Shown here piece by piece: positions 33,599 through 44,115 of a DNA stretch of 64,000 bases. A program made the translations under genes and the position numbers. How positions within the stretch are numbered: position 1 is the stretch's first letter; each line of letters begins with the position of its first letter. Source of the stretch: Perkinsela sp. CCAP 1560/9 (Eukaryota > Protista > Euglenozoa: Kinetoplastea); the NCBI GenBank assembly GCA_965644495.1, contig CBFFSA010000001.1, positions 2,170,001-2,234,000 of the forward strand, in the 5' to 3' direction. Under the pieces are notes generated by a model. It was not told the DNA's origin, did not search any database, and saw nothing but the letters and a program-made list of their open reading frames with translations.

Positions 33599-36568
33599 AT
33601 GTCAGTACCGGAACTAATTCGTCTCTCCTGCTTAAACGACATTTGCATCCTTGTTTCCAAGGGCACAGGCGAGGCACAAACACTTCACGTTTCTAAATTA
33701 CTTTTATCAGTGCTGGAAAAATGCAACACAATTGATAGCTTTCTCACTGAAATTCGCAAACTCGACGAAGATTTTCCTGAATCAATTTTGGAAAATGTTT
33801 ATGCGCTGGCCAAGCCTCGTTTACAGCTCTGTTCTACTGTAGAAGATGACATCACAACGCTCATGTTACCAAATAAGAACACAGACAAAATATCCTATGA
33901 CACGTTACTTAATAATTTGATTTATGCTGATATAAAAGTGTTGGAAACTCTTAGTTTGGATGGCCAAGGAGAGCACAATCCATTTTCGGCATTAAAAGAA
34001 CTTTCCGAACGCGAAGAAAAGCTACTGTTTCCTATCCGCTCAGAGTTTAAGACTTCCGAAGAGAATCAATTCGTCCTACAACAAATACGAAAAACAGATT
34101 CAACTCAAAATTTATTTTCGGATTCTCTTCTTCCAGCAAAAGAAGCTAGAGCAGTGGCATCTGATTTCAACGCCGAAATGGAGGAACAAGAAATCAAAAT
34201 AAGCATACAATTACCGAAGTTTCTTCACTCTGAAATGTCCGAAGAAAGTTCTTACTCAGACTTCCTTCCTCACCATTCTTCTCTTCTGAACGAAAACTCT
34301 TCTGGCAATTTATCTTCTTTGATCGACTCTCAACGCAACATTTATAAAGAAAAACGTGAAATACGAAGCGCTGACCAACGAGAAAATACTGAATCAAATT
34401 TTCTAACTCTTTCCGAAACCGAGGCTCCAAAAATAACCAGCAGTGCTGCACATCAGAACGCCAACCTTTCTCTAGAATCCCAACGACAATCCCTCAAAAT
34501 TTACGACCTCAAACACGAACTGCTCGACGCTGTTGCGAGGAATAAAGTCCTCATTCTTATCGGAGAAACCGGAAGCGGAAAGACCACGCAACTCACACAA
34601 TACTTAGCCGAGTCCGGATACACCACACCCCAGCAACCTAAAACATCCCAAGAAGACACGGAACAAAAGTCTTCTTCAGCGACCCCTCACCTCTCAAAGC
34701 GTATCATCGGTTGCACCCAACCTCGACGACTTCCCACACGTAGTGTTGCGGAACGCGTCGCATTGGAGTACGGCTGTGCGCTCGGGGAAGATGTTGGCTA
34801 CGCAGTTCGCTTTGAAGACGTCACCTCCGAGAACCGCACGGTCATTAAATACATGACAGATGGTATTCTGCTCCGTGAGGCGCTGTCCGATCCGACGTTT
34901 TCGAAATATAGTGTCATTATCCTGGACGAGGCCCACGAACGCAATATCAACACCGATGTGCTGCTTGGTCTGCTAAAACAGGCGCAAGAGTTGCAGTCGT
35001 TTAAGCTTATTATCACAAGCGCCACCATGAATGTCGGAAAGTTTTCTCAGTTTTTTAATGACGCAGAGGTTTTTCGCATCACTGGAAGGTCTTATCCGGT
35101 TGAACTGGTGTATTTAAAAGACCCCATTCCCGCCTCTGCGTCGTATGTCTTCGAAGCCGTTAAACAAGTCATGTCGATTCATCTCAACGAGGAGTCCGGA
35201 GACGTGCTTCTGTTTCTCCCGGGCAAGGAAGAAATTGAAGACGCCGCGGAACGACTTCGAAATTGGTCCCAAACGCTTCCCCCCTCTTTTTTGCAAATGC
35301 AACTACACTCCATTTACGCTTCGCTCCCTTCTGAAATCCAATCAAGGGTTTTTTCCTCGACCCCCGAAGGGACACGAAAAATTGTGATATCAACCAATCT
35401 TGCGGAGACGAGTGTCACGATCGACGGGATACGGTACGTCGTAGACTGTGGCGTGTTCAAACAAAAAGTGTTCCACCCAAGTTCTGGGATAGAGGTTCTT
35501 CGTGTGTCTCCGATCAGTCAGGCGCAGGCTAACCAACGCGCAGGACGCTCCGGACGAACGGCTCCCGGGAAATGTTTCCGCATGTACACTGAGGAGACAT
35601 TTGCTCATGAAATGTTACCTGAGAGTGTTCCAGAGATACAGCGTAGCAATCTGTGTCACGTTGTGCTTACGATGAAGGCTGCCGGGGTGATTGACGTGCT
35701 CGGATTTCAATTTCTAGATCCTCCCGCACGGGTCTTGCTGATTGATGCACTTCATAAGTTGTACTTGCTGGGTGCATTAGACACGGATGGACTTCTCACA
35801 CCATTGGGTCGCCGGATGTCGGAATATCCGCTCGATCCCTCATTAAGCGTTGTGTTGCTTGCCTCTCATGCCTTGGACTGTGCAAGCGAGGCCCTTACCA
35901 TACTTTCTCTGTTGAACTCCGATGAGCTATTTTATCGTCCAAAAGCACGTGCAGCCGAGGCTGATGCATGTCACTTACGGTTTCATCGCCCAGATGGAGA
36001 TCATTTGACAATGTTACGCATATACAATTTGTGGAGCTCTAGAAACTATGATAGGTCATGGTGTCGTTCGAACTTTTTGAACTATCGATCTCTGATGTAT
36101 GCCAAAGACGTGCGCGGTGAGCTTTCCCGCATGATGCAACGTCAAGGATTGGAAATACAAGACGTAAATAACAACGAAATTAGCGAATCTCTCTCCAGGC
36201 GGATACGACAGGCTTTTACGGCAGGTTTTTTTATGAGCGTCGCCCGAAAAACACCTGAAGGCTATAAAAAATTGCAAGATCGTGAAGTGGTCCGTGTTTT
36301 TCCCAGTAGTTCAATGATGAACTCTTCTTCCCCCTGGGTGCTATATCACTCGTCGACCCTAACTTCACACGAGTATATTCGCATTGTTAGTCCTATCCAT
36401 CCTCAGTGGTTGTTGGCTGCCGCTCCCGGATACTATTGCGAAATTACTTCTGAAGAGTTATTGGGAATTCGAAAGGATGAACGTCTAGATCCCTTATTCG
36501 GTAGAAATCGTGCACCTGATGATTGGAGGTTTTCTCGGCACTACCGAAAATACAGGAAACACAGATGA
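33599..36568 (+). CDS. PRP22: Pre-mRNA splicing DEAH-box helicase Prp22/DHX8
   Basis: GETGSGKTTQ, TQPRR, DEAHER, SAT and QRAGRSGR, plus HA2/OB regions and a Prp22-type C-terminus (LDPLF...DDWRFSR). Confidence 0.9.
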   Translation: MSVPELIRLSCLNDICILVSKGTGEAQTLHVSKLLLSVLEKCNTIDSFLTEIRKLDEDFPESILENVYALAKPRLQLCSTVEDDITTLMLPNKNTDKISYDTLLNNLIYADIKVLETLSLDGQGEHNPFSALKELSEREEKLLFPIRSEFKTSEENQFVLQQIRKTDSTQNLFSDSLLPAKEARAVASDFNAEMEEQEIKISIQLPKFLHSEMSEESSYSDFLPHHSSLLNENSSGNLSSLIDSQRNIYKEKREIRSADQRENTESNFLTLSETEAPKITSSAAHQNANLSLESQRQSLKIYDLKHELLDAVARNKVLILIGETGSGKTTQLTQYLAESGYTTPQQPKTSQEDTEQKSSSATPHLSKRIIGCTQPRRLPTRSVAERVALEYGCALGEDVGYAVRFEDVTSENRTVIKYMTDGILLREALSDPTFSKYSVIILDEAHERNINTDVLLGLLKQAQELQSFKLIITSATMNVGKFSQFFNDAEVFRITGRSYPVELVYLKDPIPASASYVFEAVKQVMSIHLNEESGDVLLFLPGKEEIEDAAERLRNWSQTLPPSFLQMQLHSIYASLPSEIQSRVFSSTPEGTRKIVISTNLAETSVTIDGIRYVVDCGVFKQKVFHPSSGIEVLRVSPISQAQANQRAGRSGRTAPGKCFRMYTEETFAHEMLPESVPEIQRSNLCHVVLTMKAAGVIDVLGFQFLDPPARVLLIDALHKLYLLGALDTDGLLTPLGRRMSEYPLDPSLSVVLLASHALDCASEALTILSLLNSDELFYRPKARAAEADACHLRFHRPDGDHLTMLRIYNLWSSRNYDRSWCRSNFLNYRSLMYAKDVRGELSRMMQRQGLEIQDVNNNEISESLSRRIRQAFTAGFFMSVARKTPEGYKKLQDREVVRVFPSSSMMNSSSPWVLYHSSTLTSHEYIRIVSPIHPQWLLAAAPGYYCEITSEELLGIRKDERLDPLFGRNRAPDDWRFSRHYRKYRKHR

Positions 36569-36740
36569 GGAGTTCATGTTTTTTTGTACACGTCCTTTTA
36601 CTTGTGTTTCTCTATCATTTCACAAATTTTCGTATAAAAGAGGCTTACCAGTACCTCTTATTTCCTATTGTAAGTTACAGTAACTTCCACTTTAATGGAG
36701 GTTCACACGCCATGTTTCAATCTAAACTACCTTAACCTAC

Positions 36741-38549
36741 ATGCATTCCAACGGACTTTCTTTCATACCCACCCTACACGAACACTATTTTCCTACACCC
36801 TATCTCTTCCCCCACCACACCCCCTCCATGCACCGCCTTTCCCGTTTTCGCTACGGTTTCTCTACCACCACGAGCCAACAACCCTCTCCAACAACCCTCT
36901 CCAAAACCCTCTACCCCCTTCAACCCCCCACCACCCCCTCCTCCACCACCCCCTCCTCCTCCTTTTCTATCCTCTCCCTTTCCATCTCCCCCCTTATCCC
37001 CTCCACCCTCTCCCACCCTCTCTCCCCTATCCCCCCCACCATCCCTTCCCCCACCATCTCTTCCCCCGCCTGCCTCTTCCCCCCCTCCCCCCTCCTGCTC
37101 TCCCCTCACCGTGCCTTCACCACCTCCCCCTCCCCTTCCTCTCTCCTCTCCGGGGGCCTCTCCGCGCGCTCCGTCGCCTCCGAGGCCGCGCGCATGAAGT
37201 CCGCCCACACCGCCTCCCCCTCCCCCGCGCTCGCGCAGCAAGCCCGGCGCCTGCTGCTCTCCGCGGCCCTGGACGTCGGTCCCCAGATCGAGGGCCGGGA
37301 GGTCAGCGCGATTCTCAGTGCCGCGACCTACTTTGGCCTCGGCAACGACTGCGGGGTGGTGCGGCAGGCGGTGGTGTGGTGTAAGAAGTTTGAACGGGAG
37401 ATCATGCCCGAGAGTATGGGGCCGGTGGTGATGGCGTGTGCGGCGCTCGGGGATACGGTGAGTATGGAGGTGGTGTCGATGTTGAGTATCCGTGCGATGC
37501 GAATGTCGCGGTATTTGGATAGTAAGGCGGTGACGCATTTGATTGCGGCATTTGCCGAGGCGGGGGTGTTTCAGGATAAGTTAGCGTTGTATATGACACG
37601 GCGGTTTGTGACGTTGGGGAAAATTGGGGAGTTTAATGCGAAGCAGTTGGTGGTAATTATTGGTGGCTTGGCGAAGTCGCGGTACCATAATATTCACATT
37701 CGCAACGTGATTAGCCGCCGGATATCGTACCTCCGAGAGCAGTTTAAAGTGACCGAACTTGTGCCGCTTGTGGTTGGCATTGCTCGTCTGCGCATCAAAG
37801 AGGAAAAAATTATCAAAAAACTTGCTGCTAAATCAGTCGAAATAGCAGACCACATGACCTCGACACACGTTTGTACTCTTTTTCAAGCGTTTGCATATTT
37901 TGGCGTAAAGTACGATCAACTATTTGGTGTGCTCACAAACCGTGCTGTCGAGCTTATGGACGAGTTTACGGCCAAACATGTCTCTTTGACTTTGGCATCT
38001 TTTCAAAAAATTAGCATTTCAAATCCTGAACTATTTGATAATTTGGCGGAGCGAGCGATGTCTGTCATGCAAGATCACGACGCTGCAGACGTTACGCATA
38101 TATTGAACTCTTTAGTCCATTTCAGTATTACTGATGAAGAACTTTTGCGTCGACTCGCCGAGCAAAGCATTTCTACAATTGATTGCTTTAACCCACTTCA
38201 GCTCACTTCTTCACTTTATGCATTGGCAAAATTAAATTATCGACATGACGAATATCTCCGCGTTTTCGGTATCAAGATTCTCAATTTTTGTAGCATGATG
38301 AATTCTGATCAATTGCGCCGCATCTTGTGGGCTTTCGCAAAACTTGAATTTAAAGATAACCAAAAACTTATTCGCATCTTACTCAACAAGGCTTACGCGC
38401 TACATTTCGAGTTCTTTCAGAAATCTGAAAACGCAGAAGAAGTAGAAGAAATTTTTGATGCATTTGGACGTGAATCTTGTCCAGAGCTCTATGATATGTA
38501 TATCAGTCGAGGTACAGGTTCTGAGGAAACTCATAAACCCTCCCAGTAG
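36741..38549 (+). CDS. RESC6: RNA editing substrate-binding complex subunit RESC6 (MRB3010/GRBC6)
   Basis: LSARSVASEA, LAQQARR, AFAYFGVKYDQLFGVLTNRAVEL, NPELFDNLAERA and EEIFDAFG..CPELYDMYISRG match the recalled T. brucei MRB3010 sequence. Start may be the second ATG (MHRLSRFRY, presequence-like). Confidence 0.88.
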   Translation: MHSNGLSFIPTLHEHYFPTPYLFPHHTPSMHRLSRFRYGFSTTTSQQPSPTTLSKTLYPLQPPTTPSSTTPSSSFSILSLSISPLIPSTLSHPLSPIPPTIPSPTISSPACLFPPSPLLLSPHRAFTTSPSPSSLLSGGLSARSVASEAARMKSAHTASPSPALAQQARRLLLSAALDVGPQIEGREVSAILSAATYFGLGNDCGVVRQAVVWCKKFEREIMPESMGPVVMACAALGDTVSMEVVSMLSIRAMRMSRYLDSKAVTHLIAAFAEAGVFQDKLALYMTRRFVTLGKIGEFNAKQLVVIIGGLAKSRYHNIHIRNVISRRISYLREQFKVTELVPLVVGIARLRIKEEKIIKKLAAKSVEIADHMTSTHVCTLFQAFAYFGVKYDQLFGVLTNRAVELMDEFTAKHVSLTLASFQKISISNPELFDNLAERAMSVMQDHDAADVTHILNSLVHFSITDEELLRRLAEQSISTIDCFNPLQLTSSLYALAKLNYRHDEYLRVFGIKILNFCSMMNSDQLRRILWAFAKLEFKDNQKLIRILLNKAYALHFEFFQKSENAEEVEEIFDAFGRESCPELYDMYISRGTGSEETHKPSQ

Positions 38550-39608
38550 AAATAAAGAGTTAACAAATTCATACCGATTGTTCTTTGACGCAAGACGTTA
38601 AACTAGAATTTTCGTATTGAATTTTTTTCAGTATAGAGCCCTCGGTCCAATTAATGCTAACTCCCCCCTGCGCGCATTACTTACTGTGAAAACATTAATT
38701 ACATACCCCTGCCGGGTAAATGGGTAATTACCCGGGTAATTTACCCGTTTACCCGCATTTACCCGCCTCACCAGAATTTAGTCCAGCATGCTATTGAATG
38801 TCTGTTTTTTATTAAAATATTTTGTTCTCTGATGTCGTTCGGTTACACGTTTGTACACACTTAATGCTGTTTAGTTTTCACTTCTCAACCCTTCTCCTTT
38901 GCTACAACTTGTCTAAAGAATCACTTCAACTCCTATGACCCGACGCCGAAAGTCTTTTACCCGGCGGGAGACCACACCCGATTTATCCTCCTCAACAGAG
39001 TCACAAGGTGACTCTCCAAAAGAATTTCGCCTTTCACAGGAGAATCGCTATAAAATGAAGGCTTTCCCCAGTCACTTCGCGTTAACCCGGTGGCCCCCTG
39101 ATTGCTCACACCCCCATGAGGATATCCTAACGGACCTTCTTCATCAGAAGGGTCATTTTGAGTGCACTAAGGAATGATGTGCATTCTCTTCGCACTGCCG
39201 CTTCAGAAATGTATATCACAAGCGCCGACGAGAGTGTCACGAAGGGAGGGAGCGGGCTAGAGAATCTGAGGAGGAAATGTCACAACGATTTTCCTACTAC
39301 CTTATACCTCCCAGTAAGAGATCCCCCAGTAAGAGAGATTTGTCTCGGGCGCCTCCACAGGAGGCGTATATGTCGTAGGGGGTGGGTGTCCGCACGTCGG
39401 GGGCCTTCGGGGGTTTTCAGTAGAAGAAATAGAACAATTTGTCGAAACCGTTGCGGTAAAAGAGGAATTTTGAATGCGTTTGTAAAACCCCTTTGTCCAA
39501 GAGTGGGTGATCTGAATCAAAAATCACCCACTCTTGGACAAAGGCGGTAAAAATCATCCACTACTGGCAAAAACGTTTGCCACTAGTGGGTGTACCCCCC
39601 CTTTAAAA

Positions 39609-40565
39609 CTAATATGTATGACCCCCTCTCGCACCAATCACTGCTCTCATACGGCGAGGCATGCTGCTCACCGTAGACGCGCATAGGGCACTGGGAAGTG
39701 CGTCCCACACAACTTTGGCCCGGCCCCAAAGCTCGATCATTCCCTCTGTGTCCTTCTTATAGGCAGAGAGACGCCGTTTTGAGTGGCCCCACATGTTCTC
39801 AATAGGATTGAGATCTGGGGATTGCGGGGGCCACTTCAAAACCACATAGCTGTGGCTCGCCAACCACTCTTTGGCAAGCTTGCTTGTGTGTTTGGGGTCG
39901 TTGTCTTGTTGAAACAAGACCTCGTCGGGATCTAGCCCCACTTGCTCAATGGAGGGGGCAAGATTCTGATCCAGAATTTCAACGTACTGATGGGCGTTCA
40001 AATTGCCCTCAATCAAACGTATCTTGCCCACCCCTGCGTGCGCAATGCACGCCCATACCATCAAACTCCCGCCCCCATATTTCACCGTCCCTTCCGTGTT
40101 CCGGGAGTCGGGCTTTTCATTCACCCGAAGCCACACCCAGCGTCTCCCATCCCAACCGAAACGGTTTACTTTGGTTTCGTCCGTCCAAAGTACCCGCTTC
40201 CAGTCTTGGATGGTCCAATGCTGGTGCGCAATTGCAAAGTCTAACCTTTGACGTTTATGGGAGGCCGTGAGTCGTGGCTTCCTTTGCCTGCGCCTCCCGT
40301 GGAGACCCTCTTCTCGGAGGTGGAATCGTACCGTGTGGGTGCTCACATGAGTAACTTCATGGATTTTGAGGTGCTTAGCCACACCTACAGCTGTATCTTC
40401 CCGGCCGCTTTGGATGAGGCGGCGCATTTCACGGGCGCACGTCTCGGTGACCTTACGCGGCCTCCCCCGCTCTGGGTGCGTTACATCTGGACGATGCCGC
40501 TCCCGAACCCGACTTACCGTGGACCTGCTAACGTCCAGTTTGGAGGTGATTTCAAAGATAATCAC
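39609..40565 (-). mobile_element. Tc1-family (DD34E) transposase, probably N-terminally truncated
   Basis: HTH (VSRSTVSR), KPRLT, WTDETK, KYGGGSLMVW, FQQDNDPKH, WPPQSPDLNPIENMW and SMPRR..AVI..RGGHTY. No TIRs found. Confidence 0.92.
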
Positions 40566-40719
40566 TCAACAAAATATTTTTTCATAAGATTGAGACATTT
40601 TTTAACGTCACTGCATATAAATGCAAATGTTTAATATTAATAAAAATTTATTAGAAGAGGAGTACTGCATTTCTCTAATCATTGCTTTGCTGTGGGCTCT
40701 GCCCTCTGTCTTGTTACTC

Positions 40720-41860
40720 TTATTGCGGTGGTTGTAAAACTACCGCTCTACCCTCGATTATTGAAAAAAAGGTGAACAAAAACAGTGAAAATATAAAGAG
40801 GAACATATTAATAAAGGAAAAAAATATAAAATGGGGCTCCGGTGGTCCAAAATTGAAAAAAATGGGGCTTCCAGGGGGCGGGGGTCCAGGGGGGGTCTTG
40901 GCGCGCATTTTCCACCCCCCTACCCGGGGGTGGCCCCCCTCGCGTATCCGCAGGACGGGTCCGCCAAGTTCAGATTTTTTCGGAAGAAACATTTGAAAAA
41001 AAATTCAACTTGGCGAAACAAATGGCAAAAAAAAATCCAAAATCGCTTCCCCTATTCTATTTTGATAGTTTGGGACCTACACTAGCTTTCTCCGCAGTTG
41101 TTTTCGCAAAACTACCGCCGCGTTTAACGAAGAGCCTAAAAAAGAAAATTTATCCTGGAAAACGGAAAGATTATAGCCTAAAATAGCCGAATTTCGGGTA
41201 AAAATGGGGTGATTTTCGCGTATTTTTGCTGTCAGATCACTAAATCCGACATTTGCGCGTGGGAAATCACTCGTAGGCATGAATGGAAGCCTACCGAACG
41301 TATTGGGTAGAGAATGCGACTCCAACCATGCCATTCTTTCGACACAAAAATGCCCCTTTAGGTCCGAAAAATACTTTTTCACCTTTTTTAGTCAAACATG
41401 GGTCATTTTGAGGGGCGCACCACGGTTCGAAGGGATACCTTGCGAAAACAACTGCGGAGAAAGCTAGTGTAGGTCCCAAACTATCAAAATACAATAGGAG
41501 AATATTTTTTTTGTCATTTTTTTCGCCAAGTTGAACTTTTTTTCAAAAACAATTTTCCGAAAAAATCCGAACTTGGCGGACCCGTCCTGCGGATACGCAG
41601 GGGGGTCACCCCCGGGTAGGGGGATGGAAAATGCGCGCCAAGACCCCGGCTACCCTTTCTGCGGTTTTTTTTCGAAAACTTATTTTTTCGAAAAAATTTG
41701 CTCGACCATGACCCCCCTGGACCCCCCCTGGATCCCCCCATGGACCCCCCCCATGGACCCCCCATTTTTTTCAATTTTTTTTTTCAGTTTTGGACCACCG
41801 GAGCCCCCTTTTATATTTTTTTCTTCTATTATATTACTGTGTTCCCCTTTATATTTTCTT
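40720..41860. repeat. Family-A repeats arranged as a large imperfect inverted repeat
   Basis: GGGACCTACACTAGCTTTCTCCGCAGTTGTTTTCGCAA at about 41072 is inverted at about 41440-41477. The flanks are also inverted homologs. Confidence 0.75.
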
Positions 41861-42236
41861 TTTGCCGCGGCGACGACGACTTCCTCGCGTGGAAAGCTGT
41901 AAAGCGCCATAGGGAACATGTTCGGATGGCTATGTAATCCAGGATAAAGTGGACGAGGGTGATACTAAAGGCACCTTTGGAAAACCACCTCGAAACTGGA
42001 ACGGTATCTCCCGGTTTGTAGAGCATTCTGATGTGGCAAAAGGGTCTTTAACGGGTGATACCGTTCCAGTTTCGAGGTGGTTTTCCAAAGGTGCCTTTAG
42101 TATCTCCCTCGTCCACTTTATCCTGGATTACATAGCCATCCGAACATGTTCCCTATGGCGCTTTACAGCTTTCCACGCGAGGAAGTCGTCGTCGCCGCGG
42201 CAAAAAGAAAATATAAAGGGGAACACAGTAATATAA
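41829..42236. repeat. Near-perfect palindrome (~185-bp arms, ~38-bp spacer) containing hairpin family H
   Basis: 41829-42014 is the reverse complement of about 42053-42236, with very few mismatches. Confidence 0.92.
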
Positions 42237-42283
42237 CAGTATATCAGTAATAACAAGTCAGAAGTTTCAAAGACAATTTAATA

Positions 42284-42946
42284 AATTTTATAAAATTGCG
42301 AAATTTATAAATTTTTTAAATATCGGTGACGCACTTTTTAACGTACCGGTCGAGCGGAAAATTTGGTCCACTTTTATTTGGCCCCAACAAATTTGGTCCA
42401 CATAAATTTTGGTCCGACTTTATTTTTCCTTCGGCGGCGGTCCAAAATACTTTTTGACTTTATTGTCAGTCGTTTTTAAAGTTTACTAAATTTAGAACTC
42501 GTCATTAGAAATTTTTGCTTCTTTCAATCGACACTTCGTTTTTTAGTCTTCGTGTAATGTCTCAGTCTGTTGAATGGGTGCAGAAAATCTTTGATCAAGA
42601 TATTACTCTACGCACGTAGGGTCATCACTATAACACATATAGTGAGGCTGAAGTTAGACCAATTTGAGAATTGTGTGTGACACGAAAGGTTGCAAGTGTT
42701 GTGAGCTACTGGAATAGCACGCAAAGCAAAAACAATCTAAAAGTACGGTCCTTCATTTTCTGGAAAACGAAAAATATAATAACGATATCAAGCCTCGAGG
42801 GAGGCCAAGAAAATATATCTTTTTTATTTCAATGCAGGAAAAATTTGGCCCCAACAATTTTGGTCCACATAAATATTGGTCCGACTTTTTTTTCGAGCTC
42901 GAAGGACCAAATTAAAAAAATGTCAAATTTTTTGCTCGATCGGTAA
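42284..42946 (+). mobile_element. TA-flanked pogo-like deletion derivative
   Basis: Ends TA-CCGGTCGAGC and GCTCGATCGG-TA. Subterminal repeat TTTGGCCCCAACAAWTTTGGTCCACATAAAT at both ends. Decayed HTH-like frame from about 42558. Confidence 0.55.
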
Positions 42947-43547
42947 TTAAAATGTGCGTTTTTTTAATTAACGTAGCATATTAATTAACGTAACAATTAA
43001 TTTTGGTAAAAAAATGGTAAAAAAATCTGTTCTACTTGGGGTCGGCCTAGAAAGGGCCATGTCTCTCTTACTGGGAGGTCTCTTACTGTTGGTTCTCCGG
43101 TATCTTTGGAAAGCATTCTCATTGATTTTTATAAACCCCGTTCCGGTTTAATGTACCTGTAGATCGCTATTGGAGCCCCTGCAACTTGGCGTCTTTTTTG
43201 GGTCCACTCGGGGTCACGGTGGGTCACTAGGGGCCGTGGTGGTCCCCTAGTGACCACTGCTACTTGTCCTTGTTGATCATTTTGTATGTATGTAATTGTT
43301 GAGGGAGATACGGAGTATCTAACTCGCTTACTAAGGTTAATTCCAAAAACTGAAAAAGATCCCCAAAGAAGCATAAGACTGAGTTTTTTCAAAATTCCAA
43401 AACGTAGCAGTAGGTCATTAGATGAACTCTTAAATACTCTAGAAATCATCTAAAACAACCTTATTTCCCAAATTTTAGAACATTTTTCGTAAACAAAAGT
43501 GCGTGTGCAAAGGTCTGCGATACGACAAACTGGTTGACTAAGGAGCG

Positions 43548-43625
43548 TCCTTTGAGTAGTCCAGTTGGTAAAGGGGTTCCATTTTGACGCTGAACGTCCG
43601 CGGTTCGATTCCCGACATTGACATT
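43548..43625 (+). pseudogene. Degenerate tRNA-like sequence
   Basis: A box TAGTCCAGTTGG and B box GGTTCGATTCCC with tRNA spacing. Stems are poor. Shares both boxes with 11000-11073. Confidence 0.45.
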
Positions 43626-43729
43626 TTACTAAAAAAATCGAAAAAAAAATTATTTGCTCAAGATCGCCAAAAAAAACAAATTCGGAACAATTCTTTTTTT
43701 TCAGATTTTTTTTTCTCGTGCATACGTGT

Positions 43730-44115
43730 ACACGTGGCACTTACTCTTTCGTGGCAGTGGTGTACTGCCACGTGAGGCAGTGAACGCAGTGTAGATGCAG
43801 TGTAAGTGCACTGCCACGTGAGGCAGTGACTGCAGTGCAGCTGCATCACGTACGTGAAAGAGTAACTGTACTGCCACGTGAGGCAGTGAACGCAGTGTAG
43901 ATGCAGTGGCACGTGCGAGAGTAAGTGTACTGCCACGTGAGGCAGTGAACGCAGTGTAGATGCAGTGGCGCGTGAGAGAGTCAGTGACTGCAGTGCAGAT
44001 GCAGTATAAGTGCACTGCCACGTGAGGCAGTGACTGCAGTGCAGCTGCATCACGTACGTGAAAGAGTAAGTGTGCGGCCACGTGAGGCAGTGAACGCAGT
44101 GGTGCGTGAGAGAGT
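43730..44115. repeat. CACGTG/GCAGTG minisatellite, left part
   Basis: Modules of about 20 bp: GTGTACTGCCACGTGAGGCA, GTGAACGCAGTGTAGATGCA and GTGGCACGTGAGAGAGTAA. Confidence 0.92.

Noticed and set aside
2-38549. Non-standard genetic code or introns
   Set aside because: The conserved genes are uninterrupted ORFs ending in TAA, TAG or TGA. In-frame stops occur only in decayed TEs and pseudogenes.
41925-41965. Twister ribozyme resemblance (GGATAAAGTGGACGAGGG)
   Set aside because: Only partial similarity and no pseudoknot partners. It is better explained as the end of the family H inverted repeat.
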